NCBI GenBank assembly: GCA_963765895.1
Contig: CAVXZB010000020.1
Location: 1-19,157 of the forward strand
Reading direction: 5' to 3'
DNA length: 19,157 nucleotides
Source of the DNA: an uncultured Nitrososphaeraceae archaeon
Lineage (GTDB): Archaea; Thermoproteota; Nitrososphaeria; Nitrososphaerales; Nitrososphaeraceae
Position numbers and translations under genes: made by a program
In this document: positions 1 to 10,517 of the stretch, in pieces
How the letters are laid out: each line of letters starts with the position of its first letter
Position numbering within the stretch: position 1 is the stretch's first letter
The notes under the pieces: model-generated
What the model was told of the DNA's origin: nothing
What the model saw: the letters and a program-made list of their open reading frames with translations, nothing else
Database searches by the model: none

Positions 1-532
1 GAGACTAATTTCTTTGGGGCTATTAGGGTTATTAAATCGATATTGACTACGGAAGAGAAAACAGATGAGTGGAAAGAATAGTAAATATCTATGGGTAACA
101 AAATTGCCGTTCCTCTTAATACAACTTATCACGCTACAAAATTTGGCTTGGAGGGAATATTTGAATTGCTACAATTTCAATCGGAATAGTTAGGATAAAG
201 ATAATACTAATAGAATCTGGAGCTGTAGAATCTAATTTTTGGGCTAATTTGAAAATCGCTAAAAGCTCTGAGTAGATGTACAGCCCTAATTCGCCTTAGT
301 TACGATTAATTCAGACTGTATCAAAAGTGGTTGAAAGAATGTCCGGAGAACCAATCACCGCAGGAGAACTTGCATGAGTGGTATCAGAGACTGTCACCTA
401 GAGGCTATCACCTCTGACGACCCGGGTTTAGATACGTGGGTGGTAAGGATGCCACAAGAATAATGATACAAGGAAGATATATCTGAAAAACAGTTTAAAG
501 AATGAATGATGGAGAATTTCGGCCTGGTATAG
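1..532 (+). pseudogene. Short-chain dehydrogenase/reductase (SDR), C-terminal part, degraded and truncated by the window edge
   Basis: Manual translation across frames gives ETNFFGAIRVIKSIL ... IAVPLNTTYHATKFGLEG (YxxxK catalytic motif) ... IKIILIESGAVESNFW ... RYVGGKDA ... MMENFGLV*. Several in-frame stops and frameshifts. Confidence 0.85.
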
Positions 533-991
533 GAATCCGTGAAGACTGATTATTACAAATATTTACTTACCGGCACAGACCCATCCTCTAGATAGACTCA
601 TTAAAGCTAGGTATTTTTGAGCTTCTTCTAGGAATATTTGGAAACTTAATTACTAATAGGCCGCCTTATTGTATTCATTTATTTATATCGATCATATATC
701 TCACATAGAGAGCATAAGATGTTATTAATTTATTTCGAATAACCATTTATTCCTATAACTCATAAGTAAATCTACTGTCGTTCCTACAGCATAAGGTTGG
801 CTGGAAACCCAAGAGCACATTTGTCAAATTGATGACATGTGTTCATCCGCGCAAATTGTTTTGGGGGCTACACCATCAACCAATTTGCTATTTTTTTATT
901 ATAGTATACCCATTTGATTAGATTTGGTTGTCATTCAAGCTATTAAGGTGATGCGGTCATAACTCTTTCTATCTCATATTATGGTAAGTTA

Positions 992-1236
992 TTAGTTAGT
1001 TCTTTTTGAAAGTTTCATAATCAACTCTTTAATCATTTTCTGTTGCTCCAGTATTAATGCAATAAACAACGATTCAGTCATAAATGGCTCGCCTTTAGCA
1101 TTTATTGCATCAACATATTTATTAATTTCCTCTATCATTTCCATAAATAATTCTTATCTGCTTGTAAAGTGAATGCAAAGCCATTTTTCCATGACTCTAT
1201 TTCTTTTGTTAACCTATAGTTCTCATTTGTAGCCAA
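992..1236 (-). CDS. Small helical protein (~81 aa) resembling the PolB2-operon partner protein (PPB2/arCOG07300-like); one frameshift near 1154
   Basis: Joined translation: MATNENYRLTKEIESWKNGFAFTLQADK/ELFMEMIEEINKYVDAINAKGEPFMTESLFIALILEQQKMIKELIMKLSKRTN*. The E-x-x-x-W-x-x-x-F ... D-K-E-L-F ... P-F-x-x-E-S-L-F-x-A-L-x-L-E-Q pattern was recognised from memory; the family assignment is not search-verified. Confidence 0.6.
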
Positions 1237-1258
1237 ATATGTAATTAGCGCACATTCC

Positions 1259-1329
<71 letters not shown>

Positions 1330-1463
1330 GATTAGACTACTTTAGGGAGTGAACAGTTAGTTTGGTTGGTTGGTTGTTTATTGTTCATACTTACACATTG
1401 TCCTCATTTATCCCGGAATATATCTAATATGTCTCCCTTGGAGAGAGGTGTATCTGTACCTGT

Positions 1464-1712
1464 TTACTTGTAGTATAATTCCGTTTCAACGGCTTTCTGT
1501 ACATCCGGATTGAGATTCTCTTGTTTCTTTAGAAGCAGAAAATCTCTCCAAGACATATTGCTAGTGGTCGTAGAGACCTGTCGTGCAGCAAGCTCGTTTT
1601 TTAGCGAATCGAAGATCTGATAATGTCGATAATAGTATACGCTATTATTATCATCTAGCGAAACGGCATTCTGTCCACATGCAATGCATATCTTTCCTGC
1701 TCCTATAGTCAT
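1464..1712 (-). CDS. Hypothetical protein, 82 aa, N-terminal CxxC
   Basis: Intact ORF with protein-like composition (CIAC motif) and an AT-rich TATA-like upstream region. No family recognised. Confidence 0.5.
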   Translation of the reverse strand: MTIGAGKICIACGQNAVSLDDNNSVYYYRHYQIFDSLKNELAARQVSTTTSNMSWRDFLLLKKQENLNPDVQKAVETELYYK

Positions 1713-2346
1713 TATTTGTGATAATTTCTAACCCTTAATATGGTTTAAAAATATTATATATCAGCTCAATTTCCCAAACTATACCATCCATCACCATTTT
1801 CACGTAGTGCTCAGACAATAAACGACAATCTATTAAATCAAGTGACTATATCAGCATTTAAATATAATACTACAATGAGTAATAATACCAATATTTTCAA
1901 ATCTAACGCAACTAGTGATTCTCGTACTAGCAATTTCACACATTAAGTTGATAGGATAATTACTAGACGGTTTGATGTATAGATATTCTTACTTATTCTT
2001 ACTGTATCTGGACCTCGAATACTATTACTAAATGCTGTAATTACAGACACAGATGAATATTTAGCTGACGGACATGGGTTAAACTTCTGTTGTCAGGAAG
2101 TACCTCCTCCATTCGATTGTGATCATAGCAAGAATGGTGGAGGTAATCCTGATAGATAGAGATGTCAAAAAATGATACTCCGTTTAAATCCTGCTTTTAC
2201 ACCTGTTTTTAGCACGAATTTGATCTGTAGTGAGATCGTAGAGATATTTTATATATCATAGTCAGCAGTCAAAATGTGTGATTTTGTTAGTATAGCTAAC
2301 TTCATGTTGTTGGTTTTAAATAATATATTAACTAGTAACAATATAC

Positions 2347-3284
2347 ATGACTCTGGCTAACGGGAAAGATATTAAGTCAATGTTAATAAACAAAAAAACT
2401 ATTTCATTATTCTTTCAGTTGTCTTTGACGGTCCTGATTTTGTTAGGAGCTGGATTAGCACCTGCTCAAGCTTCAGCGCAATCAATTCCAAGTACTGGCA
2501 ATACATATTCCTTCTCAAACCCAAATTTATCTTCTCCTGTCAGACCTAGTCCAACTACATTTCATCCACCGTCAATATCTCATGAATTGTCTGCCGCTCA
2601 AAAAAGCGCATCAACAAACAAGCCATGCACACTTACACCATCGCTGATAGAACACGAAGGTACTCCACAACAGACAGAAGGTCCATACTTTGTTAATGGC
2701 ATGCCTAACCGATCTGATATAAATCAGATCTTTCTGATGGTTCAATACAGCAAGGCATCCCATTGCATCTAGTAATTCATGTTTATGGTATAAATAAAAA
2801 TGGTTCATGTAGTCCTCTCAAAGGAGCCAAAGTAGATATCTGGCAGGCTAATTCTCAGGGTATTTATTCTGATATTGCTGACCAAGGTAATATAGGAAAG
2901 AAATTCCTTAGGGGATATCAACTTACGGACAGTAGTGGGACCGTTAGATTTACAACGATATATCCAGGTTGGTATCAGGGCAGAGCCATTCATATACACG
3001 ACAAGGTTAGTACTTTTAACGGATCAGACAAAACTTTAGATTGGACATCACAGCTATACTTTGACAATTCTGCAAATGAACAGGTCCACAAGCAACTACC
3101 ATACAGCAAACATGGACCCCCTGACATGACGAATGAACAAGATGGTATTTATGCAGGACCATCAACTGATGGCCTATTTCAGAGCAATAGTGGGAATCAT
3201 TTAATGGTTGATTTAACTAAAGAAGGACAATCCTACCTTGGTACATTCAATATTGTATTAAAACACTACTCAACAAAAAGTTAA
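2347..3284 (+). CDS. Secreted intradiol ring-cleavage dioxygenase (protocatechuate 3,4-dioxygenase beta-like); one frameshift near 2720
   Basis: Signal peptide (..LLGAGLAPAQASA), S/P/T linker, then CTLTP...TEGPYF...RSDI/SDLSDGSIQQGIPLHLV...GAKVDIWQANSQGIYS...FLRGYQLTD...FTTIYPGWYQGRAIHIH. The Fe ligands Tyr, Tyr and His-x-His are present. Joins ORFs 2347-2772 and 2763-3284. Confidence 0.92.
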
Positions 3285-3943
3285 TCAATTCTAAACCCGT
3301 AGTGATTCCAAGACTAAAGAGGAGGACGAGATAATAAAATATATAAAATAGTTGGGGGCAATGTGCCTGCATATACGGCTTTCGAGTTCTGCAATACTAG
3401 TTACCAAAAAAGGTAAGCCGATAATAGTACTTGAATACTAATACAAAAGGTCAGCATAGTGAGACATTTGAGCAAAAAATGACAAGAAATGTCATCGCAT
3501 TCTTTATCATCACCATTACCATCATCATACACTAAATTCTCCGACCTTGGCAAAGTATTCTGGCCTGAGACAACACAACTGAAATTCATCCTTGGATTAG
3601 TAGAATAAAGGACTATTGATGCCTGTAGCCAAGTGATAAATCAAACAAACGCTCTACTAGTAAATCAAGATAAATGTGGCTTAAGTTTTTCCTGATTTTA
3701 TAGTCTTTGATTTGGATTCCTATATCTATGCTGGGTCGGACTTTTACTGTAGTTATCTTTGCTCCTTAAGTTACGCTAGGTTTGGGAATCTTTGGGTTTT
3801 TTGTAAGTTGCAACTCCTTTCCATTTTGATCATGTCCATCATCAGGCGCGCTCCCCTAGCGTATCTACGCATTATTATCTTCCCGTTAATCTTATTCAAT
3901 TCGCATGCTGAATAGTAATATATATGGTATTCCCATATTTTAC

Positions 3944-4227
3944 ATGGATTCAAAAGCTCTGATTCATAGCATACTAGCAGTATCAACAATCATCATGATG
4001 CTAGTAACAATGGCGTCAATAGGACAAAGACTAGATGCTACATCTGCAGTAACAACAACAAAAAGTGCTGCAGAACAATAACCCCCAATACAAATGACAT
4101 AAATTGTCAATCTAAGAAGGGAACTGCAAACACTGAAACAGCTCTGGGTACATTAAAGTTTGCAGGTGAAAAATGTACAGGTGAAAATCGTGGAACGGTA
4201 GGACAGGCGGAGTCAAATCCAATCTAG
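3944..4227 (+). CDS. Small secreted Cys-containing protein (~94 aa); frameshift in the A-run near 4062
   Basis: MDSKALIHSILAVSTIIMMLVTMASIGQRLDA (signal peptide) ...TTTK/KCCRTITPNTNDINCQSKKG...GEKCTGENRGTVGQAESNPI*. TAATATATAT lies ~20-28 nt upstream of the ATG. Confidence 0.55.
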
Positions 4228-4776
4228 GAGCTATAGGAATACACGGTGTTAATGGCCCAAACGACAATTCTCATATTGGGGGATTTATCAAAAGGTAGAT
4301 AAGTACATACTCCATTTTTCTGCGTAGAAATAATTGTCTGCACTTGCTTGTCCTATATAAATTACTGTAAATCTGCAAAGCAAAGATTTACTCATCTTAT
4401 TAGTGCGAATTGTGCACAAATTGAGAAATTATTCTCTACTGAATATGTGAAAAGTCCTACTTCTTCCTCTCCTTCATTGTCTAGAGGCATTCTAAAATGG
4501 GAGATTTGATTTATAGGACAATGCCTGGTTATGACGTTTAAAATTCAAGTGTATTTCGATCATGAGGCGCGCTAACTAAATCTTATAAAGATAACAATTC
4601 ATTAGGAGAGCGCCGTCCAGCCAGCCTTATGAGTTGTTTTTATTAAATCCTATAATTTTATGCATATATGTTATCATGCGTTAGTTACTCTCGCTTTCGA
4701 CTGGAAACTAGGAAATGAAGAAGACTCTTCTACAACAGACGCTGAAATAAATAAGCCCTAAATATTATATCGTGGA

Positions 4777-5014
4777 ATGAGTCAGGATTCCTATGGCAAC
4801 TATCAGTGTTATTGTCTAATAGCCATCGTTATTTCGATAACTATGACTATGACAGTCTATACTCATACAGCAAAAGCAAACTCAATATTACCAAATGGTT
4901 AAGAAGAACCGTAACATGGCCGTCGCGATTAGAGGTATACCAGAAAACTGTGCAGAAAACACGACCGGATCTGGAAACTCACTATCGTCTATTATGAGTG
5001 TCCAATGTAAGTAG
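4777..5014 (+). pseudogene. Possible broken small secreted protein
   Basis: MSQDS...LIAIVISITMTMTVYTHTAKA (signal-like) then a stop; a downstream frame reads MAVAIRGIPENCAENTTGSGNSLSSIMSVQCK*. Confidence 0.3.
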
Positions 5015-6063
5015 ATAAGAAAAAGCAAGGAATCGGATAGATTGATGGAACTTGGATGATAATAACTGTTGCAATAGTTGTGGTTATACTATTCTGATAA
5101 CAGGAAGGATTAATATGAGTAATGAAATGGAATTTATTTCAGATCCTTCGGTATCTGTAATTCTTTTCTATCATGATAAAATTACGCATGTCTATTATGA
5201 GGCGCACCAAATAATATCTTCTGTAGAGAAGAATTGTTCATATAAAAAGATCCAGTCTGATTACTGATTGATTGCCGATTGCTCAAAGTTTAACAAAATA
5301 TGGCAATTTTTTCAACGGTATCTGGTATATCATAAATACTTGTGCTTCATAACATAGTTCTATTATTTGGAGGAACAGTAACGAACTAACTTTGTATCGA
5401 TATGAATGAGAGGGTACTCTGAATACGAGAAATATGTAGGGGAGGTTAACCAGAATATACTGTAATTTAACGATTGAATCCGTTCTTCAATATCATCATG
5501 ATCCTTTCTGTAATTAGAATTCGTAGTAACTATACCCTCTTATCACCAATGCTATTAATAGCAAGGACCGTAATTATTGTTCCAGTTATTACTGCTCAAC
5601 CAAATTTCGCCTCTGCTAGTACCACAAAAGGAAAAGGTTGTCCTAACTGCTATTAATGTTATGCTTGAATAAATTGGCTTCAAGGCAATTTCCAGTCCAA
5701 CAAAATAAGGTCAGAAATATCTTACTATTACTAATTCTTTTTTTACACTCTAGGTATTTGAATTATAATCAATGTCCAGACCAGTAATAGCCAAACAAGT
5801 AATAACTATTTCAAATATTTACTATTAACTATGAAGGGTATTTCTTCGATTACAAGATATTCTACCCAATTTTGATGAGGGTTTTGTAATCGAGGAGGAA
5901 TGAGACACACATCGCCTGACATTCAGTCATCATTTCTAATTTCATAGATTAGGATCGAAAAGATTTCTGCTAGCAGTATCATTTAATAATCCGTCTACTA
6001 CCAATATAAAAAAATGAAGAGTTAGAAACAAGTTGGTATCCTTACATCTGTTTCTTATATTCA

Positions 6064-6490
6064 CTAATTGCTGGCATCATTATTACTGTCGTTAGGACTA
6101 TTACCTGTATCCTTACTGCCGCCAGAATTGTCGTTAGTATCGCTACTGCTGCTACTGCTGCCTACCCCCTCCAAATGTAGAATCAAAACAATCTCTTATT
6201 TGCTGTTTCGTTGCAGAACCACCGTTTGAAGCGTCAGAAAGACAACTCTGGAACTTGTCGTAATCGCCTTTACCCGAGCCGCTACTGCTTCCACTGCCGC
6301 TACTGCCACTGCCGCTACTACCACTGCCGCTACTGCCACTGCCGCTACTACCACTGCCGCTACTACCACTGCCGCTATTGCTACTGTCGTCTTTCTGTGC
6401 AAATACATGGCTTGTGAAACTAACTGATGACATAGATAATGCCACTGCAATTGTCATGAGAACAATTGATATCATTTTTGTTGTATACAT
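6064..6490 (-). CDS. Secreted Gly/Ser-rich low-complexity protein with a two-Cys helical hairpin; frameshift near 6162
   Basis: Signal peptide ending VFA, (SSGSG)n tract, YDKFQSCLSD...QQIRDCFDSTF. After a frameshift the Ser/Asn/Asp tail GSSSSSSDTNDNSGGSKDTGNSPNDSNNDASN* continues to 6064. Confidence 0.8.
6291..6380 (-). repeat. 15-bp coding tandem repeat, 6 copies (CCACTGCCGCTACTR on + strand), encoding SSGSG
   Basis: Read directly from the sequence; the last copy has one mismatch. Confidence 0.95.
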
Positions 6491-7559
6491 TGTTTCTTTA
6501 ACGAATATCCTCTTATGTCATTTAAATTATTTACTCAACATTTTGTTACTCCTTATTCAGGTTATGTTGTTAAACAAAATATGTGGAATTAGGTCATAAT
6601 ATTTTGCAAGTCGAAATGGCATAAATGGTAAAAGCTATCAATTTGGCTACATTTGATGAGTAATTTATATAATCAAGGCGAAACTGAACACTCGAAACTA
6701 TTATTATTATAACGAATCATCTTTTTTGCAATAGCAATATTGCGACAAGAATAATCTCGCATATATTGAGCATTTGTGATTATTAAATCAAGACGAATTC
6801 CGATAGGTAAATCCCACCATAGATCAAACGCAATACAACTTAAATGAGGATTCAAAAGGGGTTGAAACCATCAAATATTAATAATACCGTGCTTGCTGCG
6901 AACGTATCATCTTAAAGTCTTGACATATCCATAGTATCATAGGTTTTTCATATTAGTAATTAATTTGCCGGAACAGTCATACGATTGGAGGAAAATTAAA
7001 ACTTCTATGAAATGATTTACATATTTAATATTGCTTTTGCGATACAGAGCATCTAAAGGAGTATCATATTATACCTTTTTTATATTTTATTAGAGTTTTT
7101 ATCAAAGTTAACGTCTTTTTCAAAGTGGGAGTGTTTATCTGCTAAATAATAGACAGATTAATTTAGCGTAGAGAGGATCGTTGTTTGAATGTTCTTAAAA
7201 TGCATAGATTGAGTACGATAATATATCAGGTTAAAATGTGCAAATGACCATCAAGAGTATACAAGATAAATAAAAGATATTGTTTTTTATTCTAAATATA
7301 TGAAAATTCCAAAGTAGATACCTTGATATGGTTGTAAAATCAATACCTGACTCCCTTCTCAATAGTATAAGGCTTCAGGTCTTTTGCAAAATGCCCAGAA
7401 TTATATTTGCAAGAACAACGCAATCAATCTATCAATTAATCTAAGCCATGTTCTAGGGCTATAGAATTGGTAGAAGATATCTATGATTAGATTGAGGTTT
7501 CCATTCTCACCAATCTCAGATAAAGAATAATACAACTCGATATAGCAGTAGTATTCATA

Positions 7560-8161
7560 ATGAAAAGGTAAACAGGCGCAACTTAGCAATTGAAGCAGCA
7601 TTGACAGTAATAATGTTAGTTGGCACAGCCTTGATATCGATCACCGCATCAACAGCAGATAGCATATTTGCAAGAAAATATGGAAGACATGATGTAAATA
7701 ATATTGATCAAGCGGCGTCTATTAGCAATTCATGTCTAAACCCTAATCTAATTCTAATACTAACGATAATATGATTAGTAACAGTAATTGTGGCGGTACA
7801 GTGTCACAGCAAGGAAGATTAGGGCAAGCATCAACACCGACAACTGTTCAAAATGCAAACCCTACAATCGAAGTGCAACGATCAATACAACCACTATTAA
7901 CAACAAGAGGAAACTGTACAGCATGTTTTGATCCCTTACCTCTGCTCAGAAATCGGGTTTGAAAATACACTCCACATCCACATCCCTAATGCCGGGATAA
8001 CTACAATCAAAGAATTATGTGCGTTCCTGAGAGATGAAGTTGCGAACTGAATAGATCCGATAGAATCAATCAGCACAATAAGTAGTGCCTTACCTGACGA
8101 TCGAGTTAGTCAAAGCACTATTTCAAACATAACGTCTCGTGTGCTAAGAGCAGTCGAATAA
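7560..8161 (+). pseudogene. Secreted Cys-containing hypothetical protein (~200 aa); several frameshifts and one in-frame TGA
   Basis: Joined: KVNRRNLAIEAALTVIMLVGTALISITASTADSIFA-RKYG...QAASISNSCLNP/SNSNTNDNMISNSNCGGTVSQQG...QNANPTIEVQRS...CTACFDPL/.../FENTL...ITTIKELCAFL...SRVLRAVE*. Confidence 0.7.
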
Positions 8162-8570
8162 TATAAAATAATTAGTCTCAGATATATGCATGCATAAGAT
8201 AGACAGCCAGAGAAAAACAATCCAAGGCCCACCCTAATAACTAGGGTGATCTGAACTTTACAACACTATAATTAATCTTAAACAATCAAAAATGATCCTA
8301 AAGGCAAAGTAATGATTCTTGTTCTGATCAAATTATTATGTCTTTTAATATCCAGCTTGTATTTTAGGGTTCACAGGCTCTCGAGAATTCTATTATAATG
8401 AAATCAATTGTTATAGCAAGAATCTTGTATACATACAGAACCTACTGAATTTACTTCATTTAAAATAGCTACTGATTTGGTTTATATTTCGCTCAATTCT
8501 AAATCGATTTTTCTGCCCAGCACCGAAATATTTGAATAAGTCATTTTATCTTCTTCTTGGCTTGATAAAA

Positions 8571-8738
8571 ATGGTTTATTATACATGTACAAAGTGCCAA
8601 GCTCAGATAGCAGACACATCACTTGATCGTAAGAAACTAAATCAACAAATCTGGGAGCATTTTTGTAGTTTCCACGCCGAAGAGCAAGATTTGGACGCAT
8701 TAACTGTCTTCCGTGCTTATCTGAATCCTGAAAAGTAA
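8571..8738 (+). CDS. Small C2H2-type zinc-finger protein (55 aa)
   Basis: MVYYTCTKCQAQIADTSLDRKKLNQQIWEHFCSFHAEE has CxxC...HxxxxH spacing. ATG at 8571 preferred over TTG at 8532. Confidence 0.55.
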   Translation: MVYYTCTKCQAQIADTSLDRKKLNQQIWEHFCSFHAEEQDLDALTVFRAYLNPEK

Positions 8739-9110
8739 TACTAGTATTATTTTGTTCATCTGAACCTTCTAGAACCTGCTCTTTAGTGGGCCGGGTCGTT
8801 TGTGAATTGTTATTGACACAATTTCCTGGCCCCGAATCATAGAGCTCATAAGTAGTATGATGCTACATAGGCAGTCATCTGATATTGTCAATTAATTCAG
8901 GTCAGATATAGAAGTATCATCTCAGCTCCATACCGCTATCTTCTCCCTTGTCATTCGTTGTCGCATCCATATAGCAGACTTAAAAAATAGCCATATAGAA
9001 ATATCTTTGTCGTATGTCCCAGAATAAGGGGAATTCTCCATTTAGTTTCTCATTATTGTTAAAGATAATAAACATGCCGGTATAAAGTGAATAAAGCGTC
9101 GTACCACTAG

Positions 9111-9327
9111 ATGACTATTAGAATAGAAACAGTAGCAGCCAGCAATAATGGTGGTATTAGTGCTAACGTTCGTGGTAAACACAACTACAGTATTTGCTGA
9201 CTCGAGCGGAAATAACGGACAATGCATACAGCTTCAGAAAACGTTCCCACCTGAATTACAAGATTATCAAGGCTGTCATGACACATTTACAGGCCCAGGA
9301 CACAACGAGCCACCACCACTACCCTGA
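9111..9327 (+). CDS. Small secreted two-Cys protein (~71 aa); frameshift near 9139
   Basis: MTIRIETVA/AAIMVVLVLTFVVNTTTVFA-DSSGNNGQCIQLQKTFPPELQDYQGCHDTFTGPGHNEPPPLP*. Confidence 0.6.
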
Positions 9328-9615
9328 GCCACAACCAATATCCTAGTCCTGAAATATAACGCACATAACAACCTCATGGTCAACTGCTCTAATATTGGTT
9401 TATTAGTTGGGAGACATGGCCCTCATGGTTAAATCAACGTATAATAGGACTATTACTCGGTTAAAGAGGATACTATGCTCCCATTTTCTTTTTACGAGTG
9501 AAGGTAGTCACCTTAGTTCGTTTGTTCTTAGTCATGTGCGGCACTTTTAATTCTTCTGGGAAATGCAAACTGCGTATTCCCTATCTGCCGGTTGCCTCCC
9601 GGTGTCTCAATTTGC

Positions 9616-9627
9616 GCTATATATAGC
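9616..9627 (+). promoter_or_regulatory. Palindromic TATA element GCTATATATAGC upstream of Zn-ribbon copy 1
   Basis: Ends 26 nt before the TTG at 9654; conserved before all three paralogues. Confidence 0.7.
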
Positions 9628-9653
9628 TTAGATATGATATATTATACTATAAA

Positions 9654-9845
9654 TTGGTCGTTATCGCTGTATGGGAACGAACTGTATATTGCCTTTTTTG
9701 CAATGCTATGGCGACGCTCAAGCCAACCAAGACAGGTCGTATAATGCTACGATGCAATACATGTGGCGCTTTATTTGTTAATGGAATACTATCATAGCAA
9801 AGAATTAAGACATCGAAGGATTTCGTATTTCGGCGTGTACGTTGA
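9654..9845 (+). pseudogene. Zn-ribbon (CxxC-x17-CxxC) mini-protein, copy 1; in-frame TAG at 9795
   Basis: MVVIAVWERTVYCLFCNAMATLKPTKTGRIMLRCNTCGALFVNGILS*QRIKTSKDFVFRRVR*. Clear paralogue of 16222-16424 and 18803-18997. Confidence 0.8.
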
Positions 9846-10015
9846 CTTCAATGATTAGGATAGTTTGTATCCAAGTCTAATTATACGAAGGCCGACAATA
9901 GTTCAGTGAATAAACGATTGTTGATTGGTATACTATTCTTGCGCAGATATTAATGAGTAGACTTGCAAATATCGCGTATGTCCTAGAAATATAATATCTG
10001 AGCGATTGGCTTGCG

Positions 10016-10445
10016 TCAACTGTTTTCACAATTTACTGTCTTTGTATCAACGCCTAGTTGAAAGTCAGTAATTGTGTCTGTGCCTGCACCGCAATTAATG
10101 TGATCTTTGTCTGGACCTCCAGTAAGGATATCATTACCATTACCTCCAGATATTTGGTCACTGCCGGAATTGTCTTGTGTAATGTCATTTCCTGCAAAGT
10201 CATTCAGCATGTCATTTCGTTGGCTCTCTTGCAATTCGATCGTCTCCATCACCGCCTTTGATGATGTCAGCTCCGTTGCATACATTTATTCCGTTATTTC
10301 CAGCTCGGCTATTAATAATGCCATTTCCGGGAGTTCTTATAAGAGTATCATTTCAGTTGGTACCCGTTATGCTCCTGACAGGACTGCTGTTACTAACACA
10401 AGAACTGTCAAGAGGCGGAATAGGGGCTGTGACTTGCCATGTAAA
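10016..10445 (-). pseudogene. Secreted RTX/hemolysin-type Ca-binding repeat protein, degraded
   Basis: Hydrophobic leader LLTVLVLVTAVLSGA, then /ITGTN*NDTLI...GADIIKGGDGDDR/...SGSDQISGGNGNDILTGGPDKDHINCGAGTDTITDFQLGVDTKTVNCE. GGxGxD nonapeptides, one stop and two frameshifts. Start uncertain. Confidence 0.8.
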
Positions 10446-10517
10446 TGAGACCGAAGGTCCGTGAAGTTCTATGATAATGTCGGCAGATTTACCCGCCAAG
10501 CGTGGTGTAGATATATG

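Noticed and set aside
3815-3846. Second CTGATGA...GAAA on the minus strand
   Set aside because: No stem II pairing, so not a hammerhead.
6291-6380. CRISPR-like array
   Set aside because: Contiguous tandem units without spacers, and coding.
6196-6450. ORFs 6211-6417 (+, CRYCH repeats) and 6196-6450 (-, VAAVV repeats)
   Set aside because: Shadow frames of the 15-bp SSGSG repeat in the real secreted protein; not a metallothionein.
8230-8248. Hairpin CACCCTA-ATAAC-TAGGGTG downstream of 7560-8161
   Set aside because: Single 7-bp stem with no U-tract; insufficient evidence for a terminator.
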